64,000 nucleotides of DNA from Eledone cirrhosa (taxonomy: Eukaryota): NCBI GenBank assembly GCA_964016885.1, contig OZ024746.1, forward strand, positions 59,458,001 to 59,522,000, in the 5' to 3' direction. The translations under genes were made by a program, and so were the position numbers. Under the pieces are notes generated by a model. The model was not told where the DNA came from. It saw only the letters and a program-made list of their open reading frames with translations, and ran no database searches. How positions within the stretch are numbered: position 1 is the first letter of the stretch; each line of letters starts with the position of its first letter. Positions 25,701 through 38,399 of this stretch are shown here, one piece after another.

Positions 25701-28200
25701 TGTTCTGTAGTGTCTATGGTGGTAGTTGTGGTGTTGTTGACTGTATGTTCTGTAGTGTCAATGGTGGTAGTTGTGGTGTTGTTGTCTGTATGTTCTGTAG
25801 TGTCTATATTAGTAGTTGTGGTGTTGTTGACTGTATGTTCTGTAGTGTCTATGGTGGTAGTTGTGGTGTTGTTGACTGTATGTTCTGTAGTGTCTATGGT
25901 GGTAGTTGGGGTGTTGTTGACTGTATGTTCTGTAGTGTCTATGTTAGTAGTTGTACTGTTGTTGACTGTATGTTCTGTAGTGTCTATGGTGGTAGTTGTG
26001 GTGTTGTTGACTGTATGTTCTGTAGTGTCTATGGTGGTAGTTGTGGTGTTGTTGACTGTATATTCTGTAGTGTCTATGTTAGTAGTTGCACTGTTGTTGT
26101 CTGTATGTTCTGTAGTGTCTATGGTGATAGTTGTGGTGTTGTTGACTGTATGTTCTGTAGTGTCTAAGGTGGTAGTTGTGGTGTTGTTGTCTGTATGTTC
26201 TGTAGTGTATATGTTAGTAGTTGTGGTGTTGGTCACTGTATGTTCTGTAGTGTCTATGGTGGTAGTTGTGGTGTTGTTGACTGAATGTTCTGTAGTGTCT
26301 ATGGTGGTAGTTGTGGTGTTGTTGACTGTATGTTCTGTAGTGTCTATGTTGGTAGTTGTGGTGTTGTTGACTGTATGTTCTGTAGTGTCTATGTTGGTAG
26401 TTGTGGTGTTGTTGACTGTATGTTCTGTAGTATCTATGTTGGTAGTTGTACTGTTCTTGACTGTATGTTCTATAGTGTCTATGTTGGTAGTTGTAGTGTT
26501 GTTGACTGTAACATCTGTAGTGCCTATGTTAGTAGTTGTGGTGTTGTTGATTGTATGTTCTGTAGTGTCTATGGTGGTAGTTGTACTGTTGTTGACTGTA
26601 TGTTCTGTAGTGCCTATGTTGGTAGTTGTAGTGTTGTTGACTGTATGTTCTGTAGTGTCTATGTTTATAGTTGTACTGTTGTTGACTGTATGTTCTGTAG
26701 TGTCTATGGTGGTAGTTGTACTGTTGTTGACTGTATGTTCTGTAGTGCCTATGTTGGTAGTTGTAGTGTTGTTGACTGTATGTTCTGTAGTGTCTATGTT
26801 GGTAGTTGTAGTGTTGTTGACTGTATGTTCTGTAGTGTCTATGTTGGTAGTTGTAGTGTCGTTGACTGTATGTTCTGTAGTGTGTATGTTGGTAGTTGTA
26901 CTGTTGTTGACTGTATGTTCTGTAGTGTCTATGTTGGTAGTTGTAGTGTTGTTGACTGTATGTTCTGTAGTGTCTATGTTGGTAGTTGTGGTGTTGTTGA
27001 CTGTATGTTCTGTAGTGTCTATGTTGGTAGTTGTGGTGTTGTTGACTGTATGTTCTGTAGTGTCTATGTTGGTAGTTGTGGTGTTGTTGACTGTATGTTC
27101 TGTAGTGTCTATGTTGGTAGTTGTACTGTTGTTGACTGTATGTTCTGTAGTGTCTATGTTGGTAGTTGTACAGTTGTTGACTGTATGTTCTGTAGTGTCT
27201 ATGTTAGTAGTTGTGGTGTTGTTGACTTATGTTCTGTAGTGTCTATGTTGGTAGTTGTGTTGTAGACTGTATGTTCTGTAGTGTCTATGTTGGTAGTTGT
27301 AGTGTTGTTGACTGTATGTTCTGTAGTGTCTATGTTGGTAGTTGTGGTGTTGTTGACTGTATGTTCTGTAGTGTCTATGTTGGTAGTTGTGGTGTTGTTG
27401 ACTGTATGTTCTGTAGTGTCTATGTTGGTAGTTGTTGTGCTATTGACTGTATGTTCTGTAGTGTCTATGTTGGTAGTTGTATAGTTGTTGACCGTATGTT
27501 CTGTAGTGTCTATGTTGGTAGTTGTACTGTTGTTGACTGTATGTTCTGTAGTGTCTATGGTGGTAATTGTGGTGTTGTTGACTGTATGTTCTGTAGTGTC
27601 TATGGTGGTAGTTGTGGTGATGTTGACTGTATGTTCTGTAGTGTCTATGTTAGTAGTTGTACTGTTGTTGACTGTATGTTCTATCGTGTCTATGTTAGTA
27701 GTTGTGGTGTTGTTGACTGTATGTTCTGTAGTGTCTATGGTGGTAGTTGTGGTGTTGTTGACTGTATGTTCTGTAGTGTCTATGGTGGTAGTTGTGGTGT
27801 TGTTGACTCTATGTTCTGTAGTGTCTATGTTAGTAGTTGTACTGTTGTTGACTGTATGTTCTGTAGTGTCTCTGGTGGTAGTTGTGGTGTTGTTGACTGT
27901 ATGTTCTGTAGTGTCTATGGTGGTAGTTGTGGTGTTGTTGACTGTATGTTCTGTAGTGTCAATGGTGGTAGTTGTGGTGTTGTTGTCTGTATGTTCTGTA
28001 GTGTCTATGTTAGTAGTTGTGGTGTTGTTGACTGTATGTTCTGTAGTGTCTATGGTGGTAGTTGTGGTGTTGTTGACTGTATGTTCTGTAGTGTCTATGG
28101 TGGTAGTTGTGGTGTTGTTGACTGTATGTTCTGTAGTGTCTATGTTAGTAGTTGTACTGTTGTTGACTGTATGTTCTGTAGTGTCTATGGTGGTAGTTGT
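22800..28200. repeat. 49-monomer block (period 2201 bp) in two full copies plus a partial, diverged third copy
   Basis: ORF starts 23083/25284/27485 and ends 25038/27239 and 23966/26167 are all +2201 = 49x45 - 4. Shared rare variants include TGTATAGTT, GTCTCTGG, GTCTAAGG, GGTCACTG and CTGAATG; the last three occur in copies 1 and 2 only. Confidence 0.9.
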
Positions 28201-31200
28201 GGTGTTGTTGACTGTATGTTCTGTAGTGTCTATGTTGGTAGTTGTGGTGTTGTTGACTGTATGTTCTGTAGTGTCTATGTTGGTAGTTGTAGTGTTGTTG
28301 GCTGTATGTTCTGTAGTGTCTATGTTGGTAGTTGTACTGTTGTTGACTGTATGTTCTGTAGTGTCTATGTTGGTAGTTGTACTGTTGTTGACTGTATGTT
28401 CTGTAGTGTCTATGGTGGTAGTTGTGTTATTGTTGTCTGTATGTTCTGTAGTGTCTATGTTATTAGTTGTGGTGTTGTTGACTGTATGTTCTGTAGTGTC
28501 TATGGTGGTAGTTGTGGTGTTGTTGACTGTATGTTCTATCGTGTCTATGGTGGTAGTTGTGGTGTTTGTTGACTGTATATTCTGTAGTGTTTATGTTAGT
28601 AATTGTGGTGTTGTTGACTGTATGTTCTGTAGTGTCTATGTTAGTAGTTGTGGTGTTGTTGACTGGATGTTCTGTAGTGTCTATGTTGGTAGTTGTGCTG
28701 TTGACTGTATGTTCTGTAGTGTCTATGTTGGTAGTTGTACAGTTGTTGACTGTATGTTCTGTAGTGTCTATGTTGGTAGTTGTAGTGTTGTTGACTGTAT
28801 GTTCTGTAGTGTCTATGGTGGTAGTTGTGGTGTTGTTGACTGTATGTTCTGTAGTGTCTATGTTGGTAGTTGTAGTGTTGTTGACTGTATGTTCTGTAGT
28901 GTCTATGTTTGTAGTTGTGGTGTTGCTGACTGTATGTTCTGTAGTGTCTATGTTGGTAGTTGTGGTGTTGTTGACTGTATCTTCTGTAGTGTCTATGGTG
29001 GTAGTTGTAGTGTTGTTGACTGTATGTTCTGTAGTGTCTATGTTAGTAGTTGTACAGTTGTTGACTGTATGTTCTGTAGTGTCTATGTTAGTAGTTGTGG
29101 TGTTGTTGACTGTATGTTCTGTAGTGTCTATGTTGGTAGTTGTAGTGTTGTTGACTGTATGTTCTGTAGTGTCTATGTTAGTAGTTGTGGTGTTGTTGAC
29201 TGTATGTTCTGTAGTGTCTATGTTAGTAGTTGTGGTGTTGTTGACTGTATGTTCTGTAGTGTCTATGTTGGTAGTTGTGGTGTTGTTGACTGTATGTTCT
29301 GTAGTGTCTATGTTGGTAGTTGTGGTGTTGTTCACTGTATGTTCTGTAGTGTCTATGTTGGTAGTTGTGGTGTTGTTGACTGTATGTTCTGTAGTGTCTA
29401 TGTTGGTAGTTGTACAGTTGTTGACTGTATGTCCTGTAGTGTCTATGTTAGTAGTTGTACTGTTGTTGACTGTATGTTCTGTAGTGTCTATGTTGGTAGT
29501 TGTGGTGTTGTTGACTGTATGTTCTGTAGTATCTATGTTGGTAGATGTAGTGTTGTTGACTGTATGTTCTATAGTGTCTATGTGGCTAGTTGTGGTGTTG
29601 TTGACTGTATGATGTGTAGTATCTATGTTGGTAGTTGTAGTGTTGTTGACTGTATGTTCTGTAGTGTCTATGTTGGTAGTTGTGGTGTTGTTGACTGTAT
29701 GTTCTGTAGTGTCTATGTTAGTAGTTGTACAGTTGTTGACTTTATGTTCTGTAGTGTCTATGTTGGTAGTTGTGGTGTTGTTGACTGTATGTTCTGTAGT
29801 GTCTATGTTGGTAGTTGTGGTGTTGTTGACTGTATGTTCTGTAGTGTCTATGTTAGTAGTTGTGGTGTTGTTGACTGTATGTTCTGTAGTGTCTATGTTG
29901 GTAGTTGTGGTGTTGTTGACTGTATGTTCTGTAGTGTCTATGTTGGTAGTTTTGGTGTTGTTGACTGTATGTTCTGTAGAGTCTATGTTAGTAGTTGTAC
30001 AGTTGTTGACTGTATGTTCTGTAGTGTCTATGTTAGTAGTTGTGGTGTTGTTGACTGTATGTTCTGTAGTGTCTATGTTGGTAGTTGTAGTGTTGTTGAC
30101 TGTATGTTCTGTAGTGTCTATGTTGGTAGTTGTGGTGTTGTTGACTGTATGTTCTGTAGTGTCTATGTTGGTAGTTGTGGTGTTGTTGACTGTATGTTCT
30201 GTAGTATGTATGTTGGTAGTTGTAGTGTTGTTGACTGTATGTTCTGTAGTGTCTATATTGGTAGTTGTAGTGTTGTTGACTATGTTCTGTAGTGTCTATG
30301 TTGGTAGTTGTGGTGTTGTTGACTGTATGTTCTGTATTGTCTATGTTGGTAGTTGTACGGTTGTTGACTGTATCTTCTGTAGTGTCTATGTTGGTAGTTG
30401 TGGTGTTGTTGACTGTATGTTCTGTAGTATCTATGTTGGTAGTTGTGGTGTTGTTGACTGTATGTTCTGTAGTGTCTATGTTGGTAGTTGTGGTGTTGTT
30501 GACTGTATGTTCTGTAGTGTCTATGTTGGTAGTTGTGGTGTTGTTGACTGTATGTTCTATAGTGTCTATGTTGGTAGTTGTGGTGTTGTTGACTGTATGT
30601 TCTGTAGTGTCTATGTTGGTAGTTGTGGTGTTGTTGACTGTACGTTCTGTAGTATCTATGTTGGTAGTTGTCGTGTTGTTGACTGTATGTTCTCTAGTGT
30701 CTATGTTGGTAGTTGTACAGTTGTTGACTGTATGTCCTGTAGTGTCTATGTTAGTAGTTGTACTGTTGTTGACTGTATGTTCTGTAGTGTCTATGTTGGT
30801 AGTTGTGGTGTTGTTGACTGTATGTTCTGTAGTATCTATGTTGGTAGATGTAGTGTTGTTGACTGTATGTTCTATAGTGTCTATGTGGCTAGTTGTGGTG
30901 TTGTTGACTGTATGATGTGTAGTATCTATGTTGGTAGTTGTAGTGTTGTTGACTGTATGTTCTGTAGTGTCTATGTTGGTAGTTGTGGTGTTGTTGACTG
31001 TATGTTCTGTAGTGTCTATGTTAGTAGTTGTACAGTTGTTGACTTTATGTTCTGTAGTGTCTATGTTGGTAGTTGTGGTGTTGTTGACTGTATGTTCTGT
31101 AGTGTCTATGTTGGTAGTTGTGGTGTTGTTGACTGTATGTTCTGTAGTGTCTATGTTAGTAGTTGTGGTGTTGTTGACTGTATGTTCTGTAGTGTCTATG

Positions 31201-34200
31201 TTGGTAGTTGTGGTGTTGTTGACTGTATGTTCTGTAGTGTCTATGTTGGTAGTTTTGGTGTTGTTGACTGTATGTTCTGTAGAGTCTATGTTAGTAGTTG
31301 TACAGTTGTTGACTGTATGTTCTGTAGTGTCTATGTTAGTAGTTGTGGTGTTGTTGACTGTATGTTCTGTAGTGTCTATGTTGGTAGTTGTAGTGTTGTT
31401 GACTGTATGTTCTGTAGTGTCTATGTTGGTAGTTGTGGTGTTGTTGACTGTATGTTCTGTAGTGTCTATGTTGGTAGTTGTGGTGTTGTTGACTGTATGT
31501 TCTGTAGTGTCTATGTTTATAGTTGTACTGTTGTTGACTGTATGTTCTGTAGTGTCTATGGTGGTAGTTGTACTGTTGTTGACTGTATGTTCTGTAGTGC
31601 CTATGTTGGTAGTTGTAGTGTTGTTGACTGTATGTTCTGTAGTGTCTATGTTGGTAGTTGTAGTGTTGTTGACTGTATGTTCTGTAGTGTCTATGTTGGT
31701 AGTTGTAGTGTCGTTGACTGTATGTTCTGTAGTGTGTATGTTGGTAGTTGTACTGTTGTTGACTGTATGTTCTGTAGTGTCTATGTTGGTAGTTGTAGTG
31801 TTGTTGACTGTATGTTCTGTAGTGTCTATGTTGGTAGTTGTGGTGTTGTTGACTGTATGTTCTGTAGTGTCTATGTTGGTAGTTGTGGTGTTGTTGACTG
31901 TATGTTCTGTAGTGTCTATGTTGGTAGTTGTGGTGTTGTTGACTGTATGTTCTGTAGTGTCTATGTTGGTAGTTGTACTGTTGTTGACTGTATGTTCTGT
32001 AGTGTCTATGTTGGTAGTTGTACAGTTGTTGACTGTATGTTCTGTAGTGTCTATGTTAGTAGTTGTGGTGTTGTTGACTTATGTTCTGTAGTGTCTATGT
32101 TGGTAGTTGTGTTGTAGACTGTATGTTCTGTAGTGTCTATGTTGGTAGTTGTAGTGTTGTTGACTGTATGTTCTGTAGTGTCTATGTTGGTAGTTGTGGT
32201 GTTGTTGACTGTATGTTCTGTAGTGTCTATGTTGGTAGTTGTGGTGTTGTTGACTGTATGTTCTGTAGTGTCTATGTTGGTAGTTGTTGTGCTATTGACT
32301 GTATGTTCTGTAGTGTCTATGTTGGTAGTTGTATAGTTGTTGACCGTATGTTCTGTAGTGTCTATGTTGGTAGTTGTACTGTTGTTGACTGTATGTTCTG
32401 TAGTGTCTATGGTGGTAATTGTGGTGTTGTTGACTGTATGTTCTGTAGTGTCTATGGTGGTAGTTGTGGTGATGTTGACTGTATGTTCTGTAGTGTCTAT
32501 GTTAGTAGTTGTACTGTTGTTGACTGTATGTTCTATCGTGTCTATGTTAGTAGTTGTGGTGTTGTTGACTGTATGTTCTGTAGTGTCTATGGTGGTAGTT
32601 GTGGTGTTGTTGACTGTATGTTCTGTAGTGTCTATGGTGGTAGTTGTGGTGTTGTTGACTCTATGTTCTGTAGTGTCTATGTTAGTAGTTGTACTGTTGT
32701 TGACTGTATGTTCTGTAGTGTCTCTGGTGGTAGTTGTGGTGTTGTTGACTGTATGTTCTGTAGTGTCTATGGTGGTAGTTGTGGTGTTGTTGACTGTATG
32801 TTCTGTAGTGTCAATGGTGGTAGTTGTGGTGTTGTTGTCTGTATGTTCTGTAGTGTCTATGTTAGTAGTTGTGGTGTTGTTGACTGTATGTTCTGTAGTG
32901 TCTATGGTGGTAGTTGTGGTGTTGTTGACTGTATGTTCTGTAGTGTCTATGGTGGTAGTTGTGGTGTTGTTGACTGTATGTTCTGTAGTGTCTATGTTAG
33001 TAGTTGTACTGTTGTTGACTGTATGTTCTGTAGTGTCTATGGTGGTAGTTGTGGTGTTGTTGACTGTATGTTCTGTAGTGTCTATGTTGGTAGTTGTGGT
33101 GTTGTTGACTGTATGTTCTGTAGTGTCTATGTTGGTAGTTGTAGTGTTGTTGGCTGTATGTTCTGTAGTGTCTATGTTGGTAGTTGTACTGTTGTTGACT
33201 GTATGTTCTGTAGTGTCTATGTTGGTAGTTGTACTGTTGTTGACTGTATGTTCTGTAGTGTCTATGGTGGTAGTTGTGTTATTGTTGTCTGTATGTTCTG
33301 TAGTGTCTATGTTATTAGTTGTGGTGTTGTTGACTGTATGTTCTGTAGTGTCTATGGTGGTAGTTGTGGTGTTGTTGACTGTATGTTCTATCGTGTCTAT
33401 GGTGGTAGTTGTGGTGTTTGTTGACTGTATATTCTGTAGTGTTTATGTTAGTAATTGTGGTGTTGTTGACTGTATGTTCTGTAGTGTCTATGTTAGTAGT
33501 TGTGGTGTTGTTGACTGGATGTTCTGTAGTGTCTATGTTGGTAGTTGTGCTGTTGACTGTATGTTCTGTAGTGTCTATGTTGGTAGTTGTACAGTTGTTG
33601 ACTGTATGTTCTGTAGTGTCTATGTTGGTAGTTGTAGTGTTGTTGACTGTATGTTCTGTAGTGTCTATGGTGGTAGTTGTGGTGTTGTTGACTGTATGTT
33701 CTGTAGTGTCTATGTTGGTAGTTGTAGTGTTGTTGACTGTATGTTCTGTAGTGTCTATGTTTGTAGTTGTGGTGTTGCTGACTGTATGTTCTGTAGTGTC
33801 TATGTTGGTAGTTGTGGTGTTGTTGACTGTATCTTCTGTAGTGTCTATGGTGGTAGTTGTAGTGTTGTTGACTGTATGTTCTGTAGTGTCTATGTTAGTA
33901 GTTGTACAGTTGTTGACTGTATGTTCTGTAGTGTCTATGTTAGTAGTTGTGGTGTTGTTGACTGTATGTTCTGTAGTGTCTATGTTGGTAGTTGTAGTGT
34001 TGTTGACTGTATGTTCTGTAGTGTCTATGTTAGTAGTTGTGGTGTTGTTGACTGTATGTTCTGTAGTGTCTATGTTAGTAGTTGTGGTGTTGTTGACTGT
34101 ATGTTCTGTAGTGTCTATGTTGGTAGTTGTGGTGTTGTTGACTGTATGTTCTGTAGTGTCTATGTTGGTAGTTGTGGTGTTGTTCACTGTATGTTCTGTA

Positions 34201-36350
34201 GTGTCTATGTTGGTAGTTGTGGTGTTGTTGACTGTATGTTCTGTAGTGTCTATGTTGGTAGTTGTACAGTTGTTGACTGTATGTCCTGTAGTGTCTATGT
34301 TAGTAGTTGTACTGTTGTTGACTGTATGTTCTGTAGTGTCTATGTTGGTAGTTGTGGTGTTGTTGACTGTATGTTCTGTAGTATCTATGTTGGTAGATGT
34401 AGTGTTGTTGACTGTATGTTCTATAGTGTCTATGTGGCTAGTTGTGGTGTTGTTGACTGTATGATGTGTAGTATCTATGTTGGTAGTTGTAGTGTTGTTG
34501 ACTGTATGTTCTGTAGTGTCTATGTTGGTAGTTGTGGTGTTGTTGACTGTATGTTCTGTAGTGTCTATGTTAGTAGTTGTACAGTTGTTGACTTTATGTT
34601 CTGTAGTGTCTATGTTGGTAGTTGTGGTGTTGTTGACTGTATGTTCTGTAGTGTCTATGTTGGTAGTTGTGGTGTTGTTGACTGTATGTTCTGTAGTGTC
34701 TATGTTAGTAGTTGTGGTGTTGTTGACTGTATGTTCTGTAGTGTCTATGTTGGTAGTTGTGGTGTTGTTGACTGTATGTTCTGTAGTGTCTATGTTGGTA
34801 GTTTTGGTGTTGTTGACTGTATGTTCTGTAGAGTCTATGTTAGTAGTTGTACAGTTGTTGACTGTATGTTCTGTAGTGTCTATGTTAGTAGTTGTGGTGT
34901 TGTTGACTGTATGTTCTGTAGTGTCTATGTTGGTAGTTGTAGTGTTGTTGACTGTATGTTCTGTAGTGTCTATGTTGGTAGTTGTGGTGTTGTTGACTGT
35001 ATGTTCTGTAGTGTCTATGTTGGTAGTTGTGGTGTTGTTGACTGTATGTTCTGTAGTATGTATGTTGGTAGTTGTAGTGTTGTTGACTGTATGTTCTGTA
35101 GTGTCTATATTGGTAGTTGTAGTGTTGTTGACTATGTTCTGTAGTGTCTATGTTGGTAGTTGTGGTGTTGTTGACTGTATGTTCTGTATTGTCTATGTTG
35201 GTAGTTGTACGGTTGTTGACTGTATCTTCTGTAGTGTCTATGTTGGTAGTTGTGGTGTTGTTGACTGTATGTTCTGTAGTATCTATGTTGGTAGTTGTGG
35301 TGTTGTTGACTGTATGTTCTGTAGTGTCTATGTTGGTAGTTGTGGTGTTGTTGACTGTATGTTCTGTAGTGTCTATGTTGGTAGTTGTGGTGTTGTTGAC
35401 TGTATGTTCTATAGTGTCTATGTTGGTAGTTGTGGTGTTGTTGACTGTATGTTCTGTAGTGTCTATGTTGGTAGTTGTGGTGTTGTTGACTGTACGTTCT
35501 GTAGTATCTATGTTGGTAGTTGTCGTGTTGTTGACTGTATGTTCTCTAGTGTCTATGTTGGTAGTTGTACAGTTGTTGACTGTATGTCCTGTAGTGTCTA
35601 TGTTAGTAGTTGTACTGTTGTTGACTGTATGTTCTGTAGTGTCTATGTTGGTAGTTGTGGTGTTGTTGACTGTATGTTCTGTAGTATCTATGTTGGTAGA
35701 TGTAGTGTTGTTGACTGTATGTTCTATAGTGTCTATGTGGCTAGTTGTGGTGTTGTTGACTGTATGATGTGTAGTATCTATGTTGGTAGTTGTAGTGTTG
35801 TTGACTGTATGTTCTGTAGTGTCTATGTTGGTAGTTGTGGTGTTGTTGACTGTATGTTCTGTAGTGTCTATGTTAGTAGTTGTACAGTTGTTGACTTTAT
35901 GTTCTGTAGTGTCTATGTTGGTAGTTGTGGTGTTGTTGACTGTATGTTCTGTAGTGTCTATGTTGGTAGTTGTGGTGTTGTTGACTGTATGTTCTGTAGT
36001 GTCTATGTTAGTAGTTGTGGTGTTGTTGACTGTATGTTCTGTAGTGTCTATGTTGGTAGTTGTGGTGTTGTTGACTGTATGTTCTGTAGTGTCTATGTTG
36101 GTAGTTTTGGTGTTGTTGACTGTATGTTCTGTAGAGTCTATGTTAGTAGTTGTACAGTTGTTGACTGTATGTTCTGTAGTGTCTATGTTAGTAGTTGTGG
36201 TGTTGTTGACTGTATGTTCTGTAGTGTCTATGTTGGTAGTTGTAGTGTTGTTGACTGTATGTTCTGTAGTGTCTATGTTGGTAGTTGTGGTGTTGTTGAC
36301 TGTATGTTCTGTAGTGTCTATGTTGGTAGTTGTGGTGTTGTTGACTGTAT
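26640..36350. repeat. Near-perfect tandem duplication of a 108-monomer block (period 4852 bp)
   Basis: ATGTTTATAG is at 26661 and 31513. ORF pairs 27229/32081, 27485/32337, 28463/33315, 28557/33409 and 30292/35144 are all +4852 with apparently identical translations. 4852 = 108x45 - 8. Confidence 0.92.
29390..31490. repeat. Nested 29-monomer duplication (period 1303 bp), repeated again at about 34240-36870
   Basis: ORF starts 29625/30928, 34477/35780 and 35144/36447 are all +1303 = 29x45 - 2. Shared variants are ATGTCC, GGTAGATG, GTGGCT, ATGATGTGT, GACTTTATG, AGTTTTGG and AGAGTC. Confidence 0.88.
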
Positions 36351-38399
36351 GTTCTGTAGTATGTATGTTGGTAGTTGTAGTGTTGTTGACTGTATGTTCT
36401 GTAGTGTCTATATTGGTAGTTGTAGTGTTGTTGACTATGTTCTGTAGTGTCTATGTTGGTAGTTGTGGTGTTGTTGACTGTATGTTCTGTATTGTCTATG
36501 TTGGTAGTTGTACGGTTGTTGACTGTATCTTCTGTAGTGTCTATGTTGGTAGTTGTGGTGTTGTTGACTGTATGTTCTGTAGTATCTATGTTGGTAGTTG
36601 TGGTGTTGTTGACTGTATGTTCTGTAGTGTCTATGTTGGTAGTTGTGGTGTTGTTGACTGTATGTTCTGTAGTGTCTATGTTGGTAGTTGTGGTGTTGTT
36701 GACTGTATGTTCTATAGTGTCTATGTTGGTAGTTGTGGTGTTGTTGACTGTATGTTCTGTAGTGTCTATGTTGGTAGTTGTGGTGTTGTTGACTGTACGT
36801 TCTGTAGTATCTATGTTGGTAGTTGTCGTGTTGTTGACTGTATGTTCTCTAGTGTCTATGTTGGTAGTTGTGGTGTTGTTGACTGTATGTTCTATAGTGT
36901 CTATGTTGGTAGTTGTGGTGTTGTTGACTGTATGTTCTGTAGTGTCTATGTTGGTACTTGTGGTGTTGTTGACTGTATGTTCTGTAGTATCTATGTTGGT
37001 AGTTGTAGTGTTGTTGTCTGTATGTTCTGTAGTGTCTATGTTGGTAGTTGTAGTGTTGTTGACTATGTTCTGTAGTGTCTATGTTGGTAGTTGTGGTGTT
37101 GTTGACTGTATGTTCTGTAGTGTCTATGTTGGTAGTTGTGGTGTTGTTGACTGTATGTTCTGTAGTGTCTATGGTGGTAGTTGTGGTGTTGTTGACTGTA
37201 TGTTCTGTAGTGTCTATGTTGGTAGTTGTGGTGTTGTTGACTGTATGTTCTGTAGTGTCTATGTTGGTAGTTGTACTGTTGTTGACTGTATGTTCTGTAG
37301 TGTCTATGTTGGTAGTTGGGGTGTTGTTGACTGTATGTTCTGTAGTGTCTATGTTGGTAGTTGTACAGTTGTTTACTGTATGTTCTGTAGTGTCTATGTT
37401 GGTAGTTGTAGTGTTGTTCACTGTATGTTCTGTAGTTTCTATGTTGGTAGTTGTAGTGTTGTTGACTGTATGTTCTGCAGTGTCTATGTTGGTAGTTGTA
37501 CTGTTGTTGACTGTATGTTCTGTAGTGTCTATGTTGGTAGTTGTAGTGTTGTTGACTGTATGTTCTGTAGTGTCTATGTTGGTAGTTGTAGTGTTGTTGA
37601 CTATGTTCTGTAGTGTCTATGTTGGTAGTTGTGGTGTTGTTGACTATATGTTCTGTAGTGTCTATGTTGGTAGTTGTGGTGTTGTTGACTGTATGTTCTG
37701 TAGTGTCTATGTTGGTAGTTGTACTGTTGTTGACTGTATGTTCTGTAGTGTCTATGTTGGTAGTTGTGGTGTTGTTGACTGTATGTTCTGTAGTATCTAT
37801 GTTGGTAGTTGTAGTGTTGTTGACTGTATGTTCTGTAGTATCTATGTTGGTAGTTGTAGTGTTGTTGACTGTATGTTCTGTAGTGTCTATGTTGGTAGTT
37901 GTAGTGTTGTTGACTATGTTCTGTAGTGTCTATGTTAGTAGTTGTGGTGTTGGTGACTGTATGTTCTGTAGTGTCTATGGTGGTAGTTGTGGTGTTGTTG
38001 ACTGAATGTTCTGTAGTGTCTATGGTGGTAGTTGTGGTGTTGTTGACTGTATGTTCTGTAGTGTCTATGTTGGTAGTTGTAGTGTTGTTGGCTGTATGTT
38101 CTGTAGTATCTATGTTGGTAGTTGTACTGTTGTTGACTGTATGTTCTGTAGTGTCTATGTTGGTAGTTGTACTGTTGTTGACTGTATGTTCTGTAGTGTC
38201 TATGGTGGTAGTTGTGTTATTGTTGTCTGTATGTTCTGTAGTGTCTATGTTATTAGTTGTGGTGTTGTTGACTGTATGTTCTGTAGTGTCTATGGTGGTA
38301 GTTGTGGTGTTGTTGACTGTATGTTCTATCGTGTCTATGGTGGTAGTTGTGGTGTTTGTTGACTGTATATTCTGTAGTGTTTATGTTAGTAATTGTGGT

